Shown here in pieces: positions 9,233-19,197 of a stretch of DNA of 64,000 nucleotides. The stretch covers positions 1,440,001-1,504,000 of the forward strand of contig CAXXKT010000001.1 of the NCBI GenBank assembly GCA_963662405.2. Reading direction: 5' to 3'. Numbering within the stretch: position 1 is the stretch's first letter; each line of letters begins with the position of its first letter. The DNA is from Syntrophales bacterium. Its GTDB lineage: Bacteria > Desulfobacterota > Syntrophia > Syntrophales > UBA2210. Below the pieces are notes generated by a model, which saw only the letters and a program-made list of their open reading frames with translations, searched no databases and was not told the DNA's origin. The translations under genes were made by a program, and so were the position numbers.

Positions 9233-9736
9233 ATGGCGTGGTATGCGGTCTATACAAAGAGCCGTTTCGAAGATCGGGTATATGCCGGACTGGTTCAGCG
9301 GTCACTGGAGCCCTTTCTTCCCAAGATAGAGGTGTGGAGCCGGAGAAAGGACCGGAGAAAGAGAATCAATATCCCCATGTTCTCCGGGTATCTCTTCGTC
9401 GATTTTCCCGAATATACCAACGAACGGAAGCTCAGCGTCCTTACTACACCCGGTGTCGTGAAGATGCTGGGGAGACCGAATAGTCACGAACCGGTCGCGG
9501 TCCCGAATACCCAGATCGATGCAATCAAACGGCTCATAGCCTCAGAGGTAGATATACAGCCCTGTTTTTACCCGAAGGAGGGGGAACGGGCAAGGATCGT
9601 GGACGGGCCGTTCAAGGGGATAGAAGGGGTGGTGCTGCGGGCCGATTACCGCAGACACCTCTTTATCGTTTCCATCGATCTGTTGCAGCGCTCCGTCGCC
9701 ATCACGCTGGAGGGGTTCCAGATAGAGAAGGAATGA
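9233..9736 (+). CDS. NusG paralogue, UpxY/RfaH/LoaP-type transcription antiterminator
   Basis: WYAVYT..RFE NGN domain, PMFSGYLFV, KOW GPFKGIEG. Confidence 0.85.
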   Translation: MAWYAVYTKSRFEDRVYAGLVQRSLEPFLPKIEVWSRRKDRRKRINIPMFSGYLFVDFPEYTNERKLSVLTTPGVVKMLGRPNSHEPVAVPNTQIDAIKRLIASEVDIQPCFYPKEGERARIVDGPFKGIEGVVLRADYRRHLFIVSIDLLQRSVAITLEGFQIEKE

Positions 9737-9771
9737 GGATACGCCCCCGGTTGAGGGCCGCTCGACTCTCC

Positions 9772-10764
9772 TTACCGGGAATCTGAGCCTCTGAATGCCT
9801 TCATGGCCTCATCCACGAGAACATGCTCGCGTCCCTTGTATTTCGGCGAGAGGTGGAAGACGCGCATCTCTTTCACCCCCGCTTCCCGTGCGAGGATACC
9901 CGCCTGCCGCGCCGTCAGGTGGTATTTGTCCGCCGCTCTCTCGGCATCCTCCTCAAGAAAAGGGGCTTCGATAAAGAGGATATCGGATCCTCGCGCCAGA
10001 TCCACGATCTTTTGTGCGTTCCTCCTGCTGTAGACCGCATCGGCGATGTACGAGACCTTCCGCCCCGGCGTCGTCCTGACGATTCGCTTCAGCTCGCCAA
10101 GGGCAAGCTGCTTGGTGTCACCGTTGCGCATTCGTGCCTTGATCATGGTCCCATCCGGGGTCCCACCGCGGATATCGTCTTTCAGTTTGATCAGCCAGTT
10201 ACCGGGGGCGAGTCCCCCCGCTTCGAGGGCATTTTTCATGATGTTGATCTGTGTCTTTTCCTTCATCGCGAAGGCAAGGGAAGGGACCTTGTGGTCCAGG
10301 AAGGCGACCCGTACCGTGAAATGCTTCTCATCGGCGAGAGGGTCGGTGAGCTGTCCCGTGGTAGTCCCTTCCGCCCTGAAGCCGCCCTTGCAACTGTATC
10401 GCGTCTCCATCCGCTGTGTTTCGTTTATCTCGACCGACCGTATGACGAAATCGTTGGTATAGTTGTGAACCAGGTTCCACGTATAGGCGGCCAGCTTCCC
10501 CTCGACGTTCTTCGTGAATCCCGATGGACCGAAAAGCGTCAGGTGGAGATTCCTCCCGAGACAGATCCGCAGGAGATGATCGAAACCGATGAAATGATCC
10601 ATGTGAGTATGAGATATGAAGACATGACCGATCCTGAGGATCTGCCTCGGAGCGAGGGCGGAGAGCTCCCCGAGGTCGAAGAGGATCGCCTCATTTCGAT
10701 GCCTGAATTTCACGTATACCCCCGGGTCGGCTGAAGGGTTGTTGATCAGATGGACACTAAACAT
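9772..10764 (-). CDS. Ribonuclease Z-like metallo-beta-lactamase-fold nuclease
   Basis: LFDLG, SHTHMDHF, GP, YIADA, IEA.F, HLTARQAG, FHLSPKY motifs. Confidence 0.8.
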   Translation of the reverse strand: MFSVHLINNPSADPGVYVKFRHRNEAILFDLGELSALAPRQILRIGHVFISHTHMDHFIGFDHLLRICLGRNLHLTLFGPSGFTKNVEGKLAAYTWNLVHNYTNDFVIRSVEINETQRMETRYSCKGGFRAEGTTTGQLTDPLADEKHFTVRVAFLDHKVPSLAFAMKEKTQINIMKNALEAGGLAPGNWLIKLKDDIRGGTPDGTMIKARMRNGDTKQLALGELKRIVRTTPGRKVSYIADAVYSRRNAQKIVDLARGSDILFIEAPFLEEDAERAADKYHLTARQAGILAREAGVKEMRVFHLSPKYKGREHVLVDEAMKAFRGSDSR

Positions 10765-10769
10765 GGTTT

Positions 10770-10845
10770 ACTATAAACGAAGAGAGGAAAAGGTGTCAAG
10801 GCGGTGGAAAAACCTTGACACCCCGCGGGAGCGGTGAGGTATGAT
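10770..10845. promoter_or_regulatory. Back-to-back sigma70-type promoters whose -35 boxes form a perfect 10-bp inverted repeat
   Basis: Minus strand TTGACA(10799-10794)-N18-TATAGT(10775-10770). Plus strand TTGACA(10815-10820)-N19-TATGAT(10840-10845). GGTGTCAAGG-N11-CCTTGACACC. Confidence 0.6.
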
Positions 10846-10852
10846 GCCGAAT

Positions 10853-11272
10853 ATGGGGGTATTCGTCGTTTCACAGAAAAAGGAGGAAGAGCTTTTCGCC
10901 CGTATGGAACAGCTGGGCATACGGGAGGAGGATCTCCGCGAGACCTTTGTCAGGGCATCCGGGCCGGGAGGGCAGAAGGTGAACAAGACCTCTTCCTGCG
11001 TCCTGCTCGTCCATGTCCCGACGGGTTTTTCGGTCAAGTGCCAGCAGGAGCGTTCGCGGGCGTTGAACCGGTATATCGCGAGACGCATCCTTGTCGACCG
11101 GATAGAGCGGGTACGGAAGGGGCGCGCCAGCCGTGAGCGGCAGAAGATCGAGAAGATACGGCGCCAAAAGAGGCGACGATCAAAACGGGCACAGGAGAAG
11201 GTGCTCCGTTTCAAGCATATCCAGTCCGAGAAAAAGACGCTTCGATCGAAGCATATCCATGAAGAGGGATGA
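10853..11272 (+). CDS. Peptidyl-tRNA hydrolase / ribosome rescue factor, ArfB(YaeJ)-like RF-1 domain
   Basis: RASGPGGQKVNKT GGQ motif, CQQERS..LN, long Arg/Lys-rich C-terminal tail. Start could be 10841, 10844 or 10853. Confidence 0.85.
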   Translation: MGVFVVSQKKEEELFARMEQLGIREEDLRETFVRASGPGGQKVNKTSSCVLLVHVPTGFSVKCQQERSRALNRYIARRILVDRIERVRKGRASRERQKIEKIRRQKRRRSKRAQEKVLRFKHIQSEKKTLRSKHIHEEG

Positions 11273-11346
11273 TATTCGTGTATGGATCCGGGGATGTCAT
11301 ACCTGTAGGGGAACAGGTGCTTCTGGAGAGGGGTGTCACGGTCAGG

Positions 11347-11389
11347 AAAGAGAAAGGGGAAGGGACCCTTTTTATTCGTCCCTTCCCCT
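11347..11389 (-). terminator. Intrinsic terminator downstream of atpE
   Basis: AGGGGAAGGGAC/GTCCCTTCCCCT stem with a U-rich tail on the minus strand. Confidence 0.65.
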
Positions 11390-11421
11390 GTTCGATGAAG
11401 CCTTCTGTTTCGGTGATGCCC

Positions 11422-11793
11422 CTATCCGGCCACGTACTTGATCAGCGGGTTGGCATAGAGGATGACCAGCGAGACGACCAGCGCGTAAATCGCGATGGAT
11501 TCCGTCATGGCCATACCGACGAGCATGGTGAGCATGATCTTGCCCTGGGCGTCGGGATTTCTGCCGACGGAATTCGCGGCACCGCCCGTTGCCTGCCCCA
11601 TGCCGCTTCCGGCACCGATCGCGCCAAATCCCATTGCGATAGCGGCGGCGATGACACTGCACGCGACTACCAAGGCCTTGTTGTTTGCCAGGGTGTCAGG
11701 TGAAGCATCGGCGGCGAGCGCAACGGCAGCTGTCACGAACAGAAATCCCACGGTGAGCATAAAAATGGTGATACCCTTCAAAGATTTTCTCAT
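11422..11793 (-). CDS. atpE: F0 ATP synthase subunit c (stand-alone), with N-terminal signal-like extension
   Basis: GxGxGxG glycine motif, RNP loop, TESIAIYAL ion-binding helix, YANP C-terminus. Confidence 0.92.
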   Translation of the reverse strand: MRKSLKGITIFMLTVGFLFVTAAVALAADASPDTLANNKALVVACSVIAAAIAMGFGAIGAGSGMGQATGGAANSVGRNPDAQGKIMLTMLVGMAMTESIAIYALVVSLVILYANPLIKYVAG

Positions 11794-12020
11794 ACTTCTT
11801 TCCCTCCCGAATAATGTATTGGCCTGCCTTTCGAGATACCATCCTGCTCCAGACTCTCTTTATTCGCCGAAACAGGATTAACGCAAAATCACAGGCAAAT
11901 AGTATGTATCCGTTCGGACTGTCCGTGTCAAGCACTATTTAGAAAAAATTGTCACGGGACAGGTGGATATGATATGGACATGAAAAAGCGGGCATCAAGG
12001 AAGGGTCACGGATGGTCGGA

Positions 12021-12494
12021 ATGACGGATCAAGAACGGATCGTTGTACGGGCGGTGCAGGGAGATATCCCCCTTGGCGGAAGACCGTTTGCAACCATCGG
12101 CCGGAAGATCGGTATGGAAGAGGCCGAGGTCGTCGGGACACTGCAACGGTTGCAGGAAAAGGGATGTATGCGGAGATTCGGTGCCGTACTGCGGCATACC
12201 AGGGCTGGTTTCTCCGAGAATGCCATGGTGGTCTGGGCCGTACCGGAAGAACGATGCGAAGAGGTCGGCCGGTTCCTTGCGGGCTATCGTGAGATCAGTC
12301 ATTGTTACGAGCGGATGCCTCCCTTTGAAGGGGTCTATAACCTCTTCACGATGATCCATCTGGCCGGTAAAACCGATGGCGCGGATCGGATGGCATCGTT
12401 TGTTCGGGAGGTCTCGATCGCCAGCGGGATCGGGGAATACCAGGTCCTCAGGACGAGGAAAGAATTCAAAAAAAGCAGCATGGAGTATTTCTAA
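12021..12494 (+). CDS. ahbB: Siroheme decarboxylase beta subunit (AsnC/Lrp-like AhbB/NirH)
   Basis: QGDIPL..RPF, RRFGAVLRH..AGF..NAMVVW, SHCYER, YNLFTMIH, EFKKSSMEYF motifs. Confidence 0.85.
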   Translation: MTDQERIVVRAVQGDIPLGGRPFATIGRKIGMEEAEVVGTLQRLQEKGCMRRFGAVLRHTRAGFSENAMVVWAVPEERCEEVGRFLAGYREISHCYERMPPFEGVYNLFTMIHLAGKTDGADRMASFVREVSIASGIGEYQVLRTRKEFKKSSMEYF

Positions 12495-13754
12495 ATGGGC
12501 ATATCGAGAGAGTTGTTTCATGAGGCACAGCGGTACATTCCCGGGGGAGTGAACAGCCCCGTGCGCGCCTGCCGATCCGTCGGGGTCGATCCTCCCTTCA
12601 TAGAAAGGGCCGTGGGGTCGAAGGTGTACGATGCGGACGGACGGGAGTATATCGATTATATCGGGTCGTGGGGGCCGATGATCCTCGGACACGCCTTTCC
12701 GCCGGTGGTGGAGGCGATCAGGCAGGCCGCCGGAAGGGGGACAAGTTACGGTGCCCCGACCCGGATGGAGATCGAGATGGCTCGGCGCATCGTCGAGGCC
12801 CTCCCCTCGATCGATCTGGTCCGGATGGTCAGTTCGGGGACCGAGGCGGTGATGAGCGCGATCCGGCTCGCCCGCGGACACACGGGGAAAAACAAGATCA
12901 TGAAATTTGAAGGGTGTTACCACGGCCATGGTGATTCGCTCCTGGTAAAGGCGGGGTCCGGCGTGGCGACCCTGGGGATCCCGGGGAGTCCCGGTGTCCC
13001 CGAAGCCCTTGCGCAGTTGACGATCACCGTTCCTTACAATGATACCGAAGCTGCCGTAGCGGCGATTGACCGGCATGGGGACGATCTCGCCTGTGTCGTT
13101 GTAGAGCCGGTCGCCGGGAATATGGGCGTGGTACCACCGGTTCCGGGGTTTCTTGAGGGACTGAGGCAACATACCGCCGAACGGGGAATCCTCCTCATCT
13201 TCGACGAGGTGATCACCGGGTTCAGGCTTGGATACGGCGGTTTTCAGAATATGGTGGGGATTAGACCCGATCTCACCTGCCTCGGGAAGATTATCGGGGG
13301 GGGGCTCCCCGTCGGGGCGTTCGGCGGGAGGGGGGATGTCATGGAACGGCTGGCACCGCTGGGGCCGGTGTACCAGGCGGGGACCCTCTCGGGCAATCCC
13401 CTTGCCATGGCTGCCGGGATTGCGACACTCGACTCCCTCCGGGACCCGGGGATATACGAAGAGCTTGAAGAAAAGACCGCACGCCTGTGTGCGGGGATTG
13501 CCTCGATACTCCACGACCGTCAGATCCCCCACCGGATCAACCGGGTGGGGTCGATGTTCACCCTCTTCTTCACCGATCGGGATGTCACCGAATTTGCCTC
13601 GGCCGCGCAGGTCGATCAGGGGTTGTTTGTCGATCATTTCAGAAAGATGCTGACCGGCGGGGTGATGATCGCCCCGTCTCCCTTCGAGACCTCCTTCGTC
13701 TCGCGTGCGCACAACGATGAGGACATAGAGGCGACGCTGAAGGCATTCCTCTAG
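12495..13754 (+). CDS. hemL: Glutamate-1-semialdehyde 2,1-aminomutase
   Basis: [47 protein letters not shown] motifs. Confidence 0.97.
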   Translation: MGISRELFHEAQRYIPGGVNSPVRACRSVGVDPPFIERAVGSKVYDADGREYIDYIGSWGPMILGHAFPPVVEAIRQAAGRGTSYGAPTRMEIEMARRIVEALPSIDLVRMVSSGTEAVMSAIRLARGHTGKNKIMKFEGCYHGHGDSLLVKAGSGVATLGIPGSPGVPEALAQLTITVPYNDTEAAVAAIDRHGDDLACVVVEPVAGNMGVVPPVPGFLEGLRQHTAERGILLIFDEVITGFRLGYGGFQNMVGIRPDLTCLGKIIGGGLPVGAFGGRGDVMERLAPLGPVYQAGTLSGNPLAMAAGIATLDSLRDPGIYEELEEKTARLCAGIASILHDRQIPHRINRVGSMFTLFFTDRDVTEFASAAQVDQGLFVDHFRKMLTGGVMIAPSPFETSFVSRAHNDEDIEATLKAFL

Positions 13755-13830
13755 CCTTGCCTTTAGACATATGCCGTGACGGATAGACGGGAACAGAGAT
13801 ACCGGTGTCGGAAACAGCGGGCGACTGCGT

Positions 13831-16035
13831 ATGATACAGCAATCCGGAGAAAGAACACGGCTGGCGGGCCTTACCGACGCCATGGTCCTCTGCGGGATCG
13901 TCATTTTTTTATTCAGTTATTTTCGTCCCGAATACCTCTTTTCCCTGACGACGACGACCGGGGGGGATACGGGTTCCCATTTTGCTGCGGCGCAATACCT
14001 GCGCGATGTTCTCCTCCCGCAGGGGCGTGTTTCCGGTTGGACGATGGGGAACTGCGCCGGGTTTCCCCTGTTTCAGTTTTATTTTCCCTTTCCCTTTGTC
14101 CTGATGGCCCTCCTCGGGGCGATGATTCCGCTCCAGATCGCCTTTAAACTGATCACTATCCTGGGGGTAGTGACCCTTCCCCTGTGCTGCTACACCGTGC
14201 TTCGCCTCATGGATCAGAGATTCCCCGTCCCCTCTGCCGGTGCGGTCTTTTCCCTCTGTTTCCTCTTTATGGAGGCGAACTCCATGTGGGGAGGAAATAT
14301 CCTCAGCACCCTTGCCGGTGAGTTTGCCTACGGTATCGGCTTGTCTCTCGCCGTTCTCTTTGCGGGGACGCTCTATCGGGGGGTCCGTGACGGCGGATAC
14401 CTGGTGCTGAACGCCGTCCTCCTCTTCCTCATCGGATTCAGCCACGGGTATGCCCTCCTCTTCGCCGTCGGGATGTCGGCCTTCTTTCTCTTCGATAGAT
14501 CCTCGTTCCTGAAGAACGGCATCTACCTCTTAAAGGTGCACACCCTGGGATTTTTCCTCCTCGGATTCTGGCTGCTCCCCCTGCTTGGTAATATGGGGTA
14601 TACGACGGCCTATGCCGACCGGTGGTTTATCCGGTCGATCCGGGAGGTCTTTCCGCCCATCCTCTGGCCTCCCATTGCCTTGGCCGTGGCGGGTCTTTTG
14701 ATATCAATTTCCCGTATCAGGCGAACAAGAGGGATGGAGATGTTCCGTACCGGATCGGGAAAAGCGGTGACCTTTTGTCTCTATGTGTTGGTCTTGTGCG
14801 GGGCGTGTTACGCCGTCGCCCCGCGAATCGGTATCGTCGATATTCGGTTTCTCCCCTTCACGCAGATATTTCTGATGTTGATGGGAGCGATCGGTCTCGG
14901 TGTCCTGGCTCGACCGCTGAAACAGTCGTGGGTGGTGCCGCTGGTTGCCCTCGCCTGTATCCTTCCATTCGTCAGCCACCTTGAAAAAAAGGCGACGCTG
15001 TGGATACCCTGGAATTACAACGGTTTTGAGGCAAAAGGCCTCTGGCCGGCCTTCAGCATGGTGAACGGACACCTCACGGGGACGGTCGGCGACTCGCGGG
15101 TAGTGTACGAACATTCCTCACTGCACAATGGAGCGGGGACCCCGCGGGCCTTCGAGTCCCTCCCTCTCTTCGCCGGGCGGTCGACACTGGAGGGCCTGTA
15201 CATGCAGTCTTCTCCGTCTTCCCCCTTTGTTTTCTATATCCAATCCGAAATCTCGAAGGAGTCGTCGCGCCCCTTTCCGCAGTATCGGTATTCGGACATC
15301 GACCTCGTGGACGGGGTCGAGCACCTCAAACTGTTCAATGTCGGCGATTTTATCGTGATCAGTAACGAGATCAGGGAGCGGATACGAGAACTCCCCGATT
15401 TTCGGCTGAAGGAGGTTATACCTCCCTACAGCATCTATGAGGTGACGACAAATACGAACCGGTACGTTACCCCCTTGGAATTCGAGCCGATATTATGTAC
15501 CGCTCGTGACTGGAAGCAGGTCTCCTTCCGGTGGTTCGAGACCTACCGAGAGAACAGGGGCGTTCACCTCGTATTCGATTCGGGAGGAGGGGTCAACAGG
15601 TCGCGATTCTCGACGGTGATCGCTTCATTCCCCCCTCCCGTAGCGGAGGGGTGCGCCGATGAGGCGGAGACGTCTCTGTCGCTCCCCCGGATCCCCCTTG
15701 GTAGAAACTGTACGGTCACTGAAGAAATCAGGAACGAGGAGATCCTCATCCGGACGTCCGATCCGGGTGTACCCCTGCTGATCAAGGTTTCCTACCATCC
15801 AAACTGGAAGGTGGAGGGGGCGCCGGAGATCTACCATGTTTCCCCTTCATTCATGCTGGTATATCCCGATCGGCATGCCGTGCGTCTCTTTTACGGGAAA
15901 ACCGGTTGGGATTACCTCGGGTATTTCCTAACCGGTGCCGGGGTTATCGTTGTTTTGCTGATCGGGGGGATGGAAATGAGAAAGGAGAAAAAGGGGCGTG
16001 GCGGTCAATCCAGGGAAGAAAAAGAGGAACGATAA
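13831..16035 (+). CDS. Polytopic membrane protein, PTPS-related / GT-C glycosyltransferase-like
   Basis: GGDTGSH motif after TM1, GW..G..AGFP...FYFP, many TM helices, WNYNGFE.K, C-terminal SYHPNW (YfhO-like) domain. Confidence 0.7.
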   Translation: MIQQSGERTRLAGLTDAMVLCGIVIFLFSYFRPEYLFSLTTTTGGDTGSHFAAAQYLRDVLLPQGRVSGWTMGNCAGFPLFQFYFPFPFVLMALLGAMIPLQIAFKLITILGVVTLPLCCYTVLRLMDQRFPVPSAGAVFSLCFLFMEANSMWGGNILSTLAGEFAYGIGLSLAVLFAGTLYRGVRDGGYLVLNAVLLFLIGFSHGYALLFAVGMSAFFLFDRSSFLKNGIYLLKVHTLGFFLLGFWLLPLLGNMGYTTAYADRWFIRSIREVFPPILWPPIALAVAGLLISISRIRRTRGMEMFRTGSGKAVTFCLYVLVLCGACYAVAPRIGIVDIRFLPFTQIFLMLMGAIGLGVLARPLKQSWVVPLVALACILPFVSHLEKKATLWIPWNYNGFEAKGLWPAFSMVNGHLTGTVGDSRVVYEHSSLHNGAGTPRAFESLPLFAGRSTLEGLYMQSSPSSPFVFYIQSEISKESSRPFPQYRYSDIDLVDGVEHLKLFNVGDFIVISNEIRERIRELPDFRLKEVIPPYSIYEVTTNTNRYVTPLEFEPILCTARDWKQVSFRWFETYRENRGVHLVFDSGGGVNRSRFSTVIASFPPPVAEGCADEAETSLSLPRIPLGRNCTVTEEIRNEEILIRTSDPGVPLLIKVSYHPNWKVEGAPEIYHVSPSFMLVYPDRHAVRLFYGKTGWDYLGYFLTGAGVIVVLLIGGMEMRKEKKGRGGQSREEKEER

Positions 16036-16723
16036 CATCCCCTCAGTGGCTCTCATTGTCCCCGTCTACAATGAGGGGAAGATCCTGTCGGACAGCACCC
16101 GGCGACTCATATCGTATCTGGATACGGTTTTGCCCGGATCCGAGATCATCATTGTGAGCAATGGATCCACGGATGAGACGGTGGAGATCGGAGAACAGAT
16201 GGCTGCGGTGTACCCGACAATCACTTTTTCCCGGACTGATAAACGGGGCGTGGGGTATGCCTTCCGGCTGGGTATGTCGCTGACTGAAGCCGAAAAGATC
16301 ATCACCGTTGATGCCGATCTGACGACCGACCTCGATTTTATCCCCCGTGCCTACGGCCTCTTGGACAGGTACGATATCGTGATCGGCTCGAAACGGATGG
16401 GTTCTCAGGAACGCTCACCGATCAGGATCGCCGGGAGTGCCCTGTATCTTTATTGTGTCAGGACGTTGCTCGACCTTCCTTTCGGGGATTATTCGATCGG
16501 TGCAAAGGCATACCGAAGGGAAATCGTCATCCGGCACCTCGGCTGTGTTGCTGGCGGGTCTTCATATGTCCTCGATATTATATATAAGTCATCGAGCGAT
16601 GGGGCGCGGATTACGGAGATTCCCGTCCGGTGCAGCGATATGAGAAAAAGCCACTTCAGCCTCATTCACGAGGGGGTATATCGGTTGTACCGCCTCTTCG
16701 GCGTGTGGCGCCGAAAAGAATAA
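15998..16723 (+). CDS. Glycosyltransferase family 2 (polyprenol-phosphate glycosyltransferase-like)
   Basis: IVPVYNE, NGSTDET, DAD motif, IVIGSK. Confidence 0.8.
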   Translation: MAVNPGKKKRNDNIPSVALIVPVYNEGKILSDSTRRLISYLDTVLPGSEIIIVSNGSTDETVEIGEQMAAVYPTITFSRTDKRGVGYAFRLGMSLTEAEKIITVDADLTTDLDFIPRAYGLLDRYDIVIGSKRMGSQERSPIRIAGSALYLYCVRTLLDLPFGDYSIGAKAYRREIVIRHLGCVAGGSSYVLDIIYKSSSDGARITEIPVRCSDMRKSHFSLIHEGVYRLYRLFGVWRRKE

Positions 16724-16809
16724 GGCATTACCCCCGTCGCCGGGAGATGCCCCCGGTATGCGGGGAAGGGGATCCTCGGTCATATGATCTTCCGGAGGCG
16801 GGAATCAAA

Positions 16810-19197
16810 TCACTCCGGTGCGTCGAAATCCGATCTGAAGAAGCCTTTGACGTCGGGGGTGTCCTTGTGGCGTACCGCCTCGGTCGGTTCCGTCCCCACG
16901 AGGAAACATTCAAAGATATACTTCTCAGAGGCGGGACCCGCCAGCATCCCCGTTTCGGGATCGATTTTGGCAAAGACGACCCCCTCGGGGGGGGAGAATG
17001 ACTCGACCGGAGTCCCGGCCAGCGCCTTTTCCATGAAATAGAGGAAGATTGGGCTGGCGGCGCGAGAACCGGTCTCGTATTTCCCCAGTGGTTTCAAATC
17101 GTCAAACCCGACCCACACCCCCGCGACGAGGGAGGGGGTGAACCCCATGAACCAGGCATCCTTGAGGTCGTTCGTCGTCCCCGTTTTCCCCGCTACCGGG
17201 CGATTCAGGGCCCTGACCCGCCACCCGGTTCCTCCCTTGATGACCTCCTGAAGGAGGTGAGAGGTAATGTAGGCGATCCCGGGATCGATTACCTGTTCCT
17301 CTTTCGGTCGATTCTCTTCCACTATGTTACCGGTGCGATCGACGATTTTTGTTATGAAGTAGGGTCGTACCCGCTTCCCGCCGTTTGCAAAAATCCCATA
17401 CCCCCGTACGATTTCCACAAGGGTGACGCCGGAGGTCCCCAGGGCCATGGAAAGATCTCTCGTCAGGGGACTGGTGATACCCATGTTCGCCGCATACTCG
17501 GCGGCGTAATCAATCCCGATCTCCTTGAGGAGTTTGATCGTCACCAGGTTTCTCGATTTGATAAGGGCGGTCCTGAGTGTGGTGGGACCATAAAACTTTT
17601 CCGAAAAATTCTGGGGTTTCCAGAGGCTGTCCTTCAGTGCATCGTGATAAATAACTGGGGAATCCATGATGATGGTTGCAGGGGTCATCCCCTTGTCAAA
17701 GGCCGCCGTAAAGATAAATGGCTTAAAGGCCGAACCCGGCTGCCTCTTCGCCTGTGTCGCACGATTGAATTCGCTTTTCCCGTAGCTCCTTCCTCCGACC
17801 ATCGCCTTCACTGACCCCGTTCGAGGATCCATCGCGAGGAGGGCGCCCTGCACGCGGGGTTCCTGTTCCAGGGCCATTTGCAATATACCGTCCGCGTTGT
17901 CCAAGACCCGTACCTCCACGACATCGCCCCGCCTCAGTACATCCGCCGGATCCTTCACCGTGACGGTATTGTAGGCAACGTTCGAATCGGGAACGCGAGC
18001 CCACGACATCCGCTCCAATGCCATGATCCCCTCATGGGGACCCGCTTTCAGCCTCACACTCTTTTCCGCGCTGTCGATATCCGTTACGACGGCCTGCAGC
18101 AGGTGCCCTTCGATGAGACTCTCTGCTTCGATATGCATACCCTCGATGTAGGGGTCGATTTCCTCTTCCGGCAGCCGTTTCAGCGGACCTCGATACCCCT
18201 GTCGTTTGTCGAGTTCCCTGAGTCCCCGTGCCACGGCTTCACGGGCCGCCTTCTGAGCAACCATATCCAGCGTGGTGTAGACTTCAAGACCTTCACAGTA
18301 CAGGACGTCACTGCCGTAGGTAGCCTGAATATACCGGCGGATGTGTTCGGTAAAGTAGGGCGCTATCTTTTCTGTTTTTTCGGTCTGTTTCAGCTCGAGT
18401 GAGGTTGCGCGCGCGATTGTCTTTTCCTCATCCGTTATATATCCATCCTCGGCCATCCTCTCCAGGACGTAGATTTGTCGCTTGCGGGCGCGGTCAGGGT
18501 GAATGGAGGGTGAATAGCGGCTGGGGGCCTTGGGAAGTCCTGCAAGGAGAGCGGCCTCCGGCAGGGTCAGATACTCGGCCGATTTTCCGAAGTAGTGTTG
18601 CGCGGCGGCCTCGATGCCGTACGCCCCGTGTCCCAGATAGATATGATTGAGATAAAGATTCAGGATTTCATACTTTTTTAAATACCGATCGATTTTATAG
18701 GCCAGGATGGCCTCTTTCAGTTTTCTGATGTATTTTTTCTCGGGAGACAGGAAGAGGGCCTTGGCGACCTGTTGCGTGATGGTACTCCCTCCCTGGACGA
18801 TGGTTCCCGCCTCCACATTTTTAAAAAATGCCCTGATGATACTCTGGAAATCGATCCCCTGGTGCCGGAAAAAACGGGCATCTTCCGCCGCCACGAAGGC
18901 CTGTATGACAAACTTCGGGAGTTGCGTGACCGGGATGACCTTTCGGTCTTCGAGATAGAACTCATCGATTAATTGGCCATCATTCGCGTATACCCGGGTG
19001 ATGATGCTGGGTCGGTAGTCTTTCAACGAAGAGATACTGGGCAAGTCGTTGATGAGAGAATAGAGAAACCCGGCTCCCCCCAAGACCACCACGAGGATGG
19101 ATATGAAGATCCAGAGGAGTATTTTTTTTACTGTTTGTCGTTTCTTTTTTGTCTCGTTGCGACGCGGACCGCCGGGCGGTTGTTGCTCGTTACTCAT
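16810..19197 (-). CDS. mrcA: Penicillin-binding protein 1A
   Basis: Transglycosylase AEDARF..H.G, QGGSTITQQ, RKLKE. Transpeptidase GSAFK, SRN, KTGT. Confidence 0.93.
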   Translation of the reverse strand: MSNEQQPPGGPRRNETKKKRQTVKKILLWIFISILVVVLGGAGFLYSLINDLPSISSLKDYRPSIITRVYANDGQLIDEFYLEDRKVIPVTQLPKFVIQAFVAAEDARFFRHQGIDFQSIIRAFFKNVEAGTIVQGGSTITQQVAKALFLSPEKKYIRKLKEAILAYKIDRYLKKYEILNLYLNHIYLGHGAYGIEAAAQHYFGKSAEYLTLPEAALLAGLPKAPSRYSPSIHPDRARKRQIYVLERMAEDGYITDEEKTIARATSLELKQTEKTEKIAPYFTEHIRRYIQATYGSDVLYCEGLEVYTTLDMVAQKAAREAVARGLRELDKRQGYRGPLKRLPEEEIDPYIEGMHIEAESLIEGHLLQAVVTDIDSAEKSVRLKAGPHEGIMALERMSWARVPDSNVAYNTVTVKDPADVLRRGDVVEVRVLDNADGILQMALEQEPRVQGALLAMDPRTGSVKAMVGGRSYGKSEFNRATQAKRQPGSAFKPFIFTAAFDKGMTPATIIMDSPVIYHDALKDSLWKPQNFSEKFYGPTTLRTALIKSRNLVTIKLLKEIGIDYAAEYAANMGITSPLTRDLSMALGTSGVTLVEIVRGYGIFANGGKRVRPYFITKIVDRTGNIVEENRPKEEQVIDPGIAYITSHLLQEVIKGGTGWRVRALNRPVAGKTGTTNDLKDAWFMGFTPSLVAGVWVGFDDLKPLGKYETGSRAASPIFLYFMEKALAGTPVESFSPPEGVVFAKIDPETGMLAGPASEKYIFECFLVGTEPTEAVRHKDTPDVKGFFRSDFDAPE

